64,000 bases of DNA from a virus, in the IMG/VR virus record IMGVR_UViG_3300042731_004976, positions 32,001 to 96,000 of that record. The stretch is one strand, 5' to 3'. The notes under the pieces are model-generated. The model did not search any database, was not told where the DNA came from, and saw nothing but the letters and a program-made list of their open reading frames with translations. Made by a program: the position numbers and the translations under genes. Shown in pieces: positions 62,361 to 64,000 of this stretch; within the stretch, counting starts at the first letter, position 1; each line of letters starts with the position of its first letter.

Positions 62361-62667
62361 TCTGACCTCGTTGGCTCCGTGCCCCTTTCCCCAATGCGGT
62401 TCCTCCCGTGTCGTGATGAAGGGGTCATTCGGTCTGCCGTCTTCCTACTGGGTCCACTGCAAGGACTGCGAAGCGACTGGTCCGAAAACTCCCACAATCG
62501 AGGAGGCGGCGGCTCGTTGGAACGGTGTCTTGGTTCGAGGGCGTGCCGACGGATTAGAGTTAGCTGCGGATTCCGTTAGTGTGGTGAGCATGAACGGCGA
62601 CCAGCGAGCCGTCATTCGAGCACGGAACGCCATCTATGAAACCCGAGATCGATTGGAGTCCGCATGA
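62353..62667 (+). CDS. Lar-family restriction-alleviation-like Zn-finger protein
   Basis: L.PCPF..CG...V.C..C.A.GP.....EA...WN. Confidence 0.75.
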   Translation: MSDLTSLAPCPFPQCGSSRVVMKGSFGLPSSYWVHCKDCEATGPKTPTIEEAAARWNGVLVRGRADGLELAADSVSVVSMNGDQRAVIRARNAIYETRDRLESA

Positions 62668-63239
62668 AACGCCGTACGTTCCTCCAAGGCTTGAGTGTTC
62701 TTCCTGCTGTGGGGAGTGTTGCAGAAGCTCCCCGGGCGGCGGAAGTTCCTTTCAATCACGCGCTGACGGACGACGAGGCCAAGATCGTCTCCATGAGCCA
62801 GTTGCTCGTTCAGAACTTTCGCGACTACGTGAAGCAAAAGGGTTGGGATCTCCCTGTAGCCGAGCACTTGTTCATAGAGCAAAACGCGAGGCTCTTCTGC
62901 CAGTACCTCGCTGATTGGACGCTTAGCGACCCTCTATTCGAGGAGCACGACCGTTCCCTGTTCGTTCCCTCGGTGCTATGGGTCACGACTGTTCCCGGAG
63001 TCTCCCGCAAGCTGCGCGTCCCTTGGATTGGAGACGAGGAGGCGGATCCTGAGGAGGTGTGGGCGAAAGAAGCAGCCCTCGATGTTCAGCACGAGATCAG
63101 GAAGGAGGCCGAGGAGGTTGGTCGTCTTCAGGGGTACCTGATTTATCTCCCTCCGTTCTTGCCTCCGTCCTACTTGGATCCCAGGGACTTCTCTGTCCAT
63201 CGGCGGTTCTTGCTCAACTACACGAAGGTGCGTGCGTGA
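62664..63239 (+). CDS. Tat-signal protein with collapsed gp23 major-capsid motifs
   Basis: MKRRTFLQG...AEA signal; SRKLRVPW and DPRDF-x9-YTK motifs. Confidence 0.6.
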   Translation: MKRRTFLQGLSVLPAVGSVAEAPRAAEVPFNHALTDDEAKIVSMSQLLVQNFRDYVKQKGWDLPVAEHLFIEQNARLFCQYLADWTLSDPLFEEHDRSLFVPSVLWVTTVPGVSRKLRVPWIGDEEADPEEVWAKEAALDVQHEIRKEAEEVGRLQGYLIYLPPFLPPSYLDPRDFSVHRRFLLNYTKVRA

Positions 63240-63508
63240 TGCCGATCTGGGGAGCGTCGTTCCACGAACCTGACGAGACTCCTGAGGAGCGCGAAGCGCG
63301 CTTTGCGGAGATACAGAAGCAGATCGAGAAGGTTGTTGCGAAGGTCATCAAAGAGAACGCAGAGCTGTCCGCTTTGTGGGCGCACGCAACGGGCCGTATC
63401 GTCGGAGAGGTCATGGTGCAGGAGCACTTCCCTCCGGAATGGATCGAGCAGGTGCAGCGGGCTGTGTTGTCCTGCCTTGCGAGGGAGTCGGGTATCAATG
63501 AAACGTGA
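63239..63508 (+). CDS. Hypothetical protein
   Basis: TGATG coupling. Confidence 0.55.
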   Translation: MPIWGASFHEPDETPEEREARFAEIQKQIEKVVAKVIKENAELSALWAHATGRIVGEVMVQEHFPPEWIEQVQRAVLSCLARESGINET

Positions 63509-64000
63509 CGCGAGGGGGAACTATCACCCTGAGGCGTTCTGCTTGATGCAGTACGCAAGCAAGGACGGGTCTGAACGTGAGTTGATCTGGAACTCTCGCG
63601 ACGGTGTGACTCCCTTCTGCATCCTCTCTCGCAGCAGTGTGGAGATGCAGCACGTCAACTGGAAGCAGGATCGCTACGTTCCGCAGCACCTTCCGCGTGT
63701 AGGGGATCGCATCTTCGTGGATCTCACCTTCGAGCGGGCCATCGAGACGCAGCGTCAGAACGTCGAGCGCTGGTGGGACGAAGAGGAGATGCCCATGAAG
63801 GACGACCCTGAGTTGGGGCCCATGGGCAAGGAGGGTGCTGCACGACACCTGGCTCACGAGGAGATGAAGCAGTTCCAGGTGAACGCGACGGCCGAGGAGC
63901 TGATGGAGTACGGTGCAGGTCCGCCAGATCTCGTCGAGGTGACCGAGGAGCTTTTGAAAAGTCTGAAGACCATGAAGCGCCCAGAGTACCGCCCGAGGCG
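63498..64000 (+). CDS. Phage hypothetical protein, 3'-truncated by the window edge
   Basis: Open frame from ATG 63498 (EAFCLM.Y...IWNSRDGVTPF...GDRIFVD) to the end. Confidence 0.65.
   Translation, partial: MKRDARGNYHPEAFCLMQYASKDGSERELIWNSRDGVTPFCILSRSSVEMQHVNWKQDRYVPQHLPRVGDRIFVDLTFERAIETQRQNVERWWDEEEMPMKDDPELGPMGKEGAARHLAHEEMKQFQVNATAEELMEYGAGPPDLVEVTEELLKSLKTMKRPEYRPR

Noticed and set aside
1-64000. tRNA, rRNA, integrase, transposase or reverse transcriptase/DGR
   Set aside because: None was recognisable by eye and intergenic gaps are very short; tRNAscan-SE or Infernal would be needed to exclude small RNAs.

Overview
This 64 kb window is part of a large, GC-rich tailed-phage (myovirus) genome, with no host housekeeping genes. 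(1) About 1-11.7 kb (+): neck/tail module with T4-like gp13 and gp14 neck proteins separated by an Endo VII-type HNH gene, a gp15-like terminator, a 1021-aa sheath and two gp19/Afp-type tubes. The major capsid, portal, baseplate and tape measure genes are not in the window. (2) About 11.7-31 kb (+): accessory region with putative internal head proteins, RtcB, Nudix, a membrane-anchored endolysin, a DNA methyltransferase, dCTP deaminase, a DEDDh nuclease, an ADP-ribosylglycohydrolase, an HNH and an orphan QueC. (3) About 31-60.6 kb (-): AlkB, a 1326-aa kinase + ADP-ribosyltransferase-like protein, ParB-like, a recombination/replication cluster (SSBs, RuvC, Cas4-like, Hjc-like, RecA, SF2 helicase, primase, DnaB, DnaC-like loader, lambda-O-like initiator with internal iterons) and a MoxR AAA+/vWA pair. 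(4) About 60.6-64 kb (+): small early genes. The most unusual signals are two accessory mini-proteins built from T4 gp23 major-capsid motifs (one with a Tat signal), a recurrent sigma70-type promoter whose -35 TGA doubles as the upstream gene's stop codon, a duplicated perfect 18-bp palindrome, a shared LLE-ending motif on candidate virion cargo proteins, and an ADP-ribosylation writer/eraser set. All family calls come from motifs recognised by eye. No database search was run.
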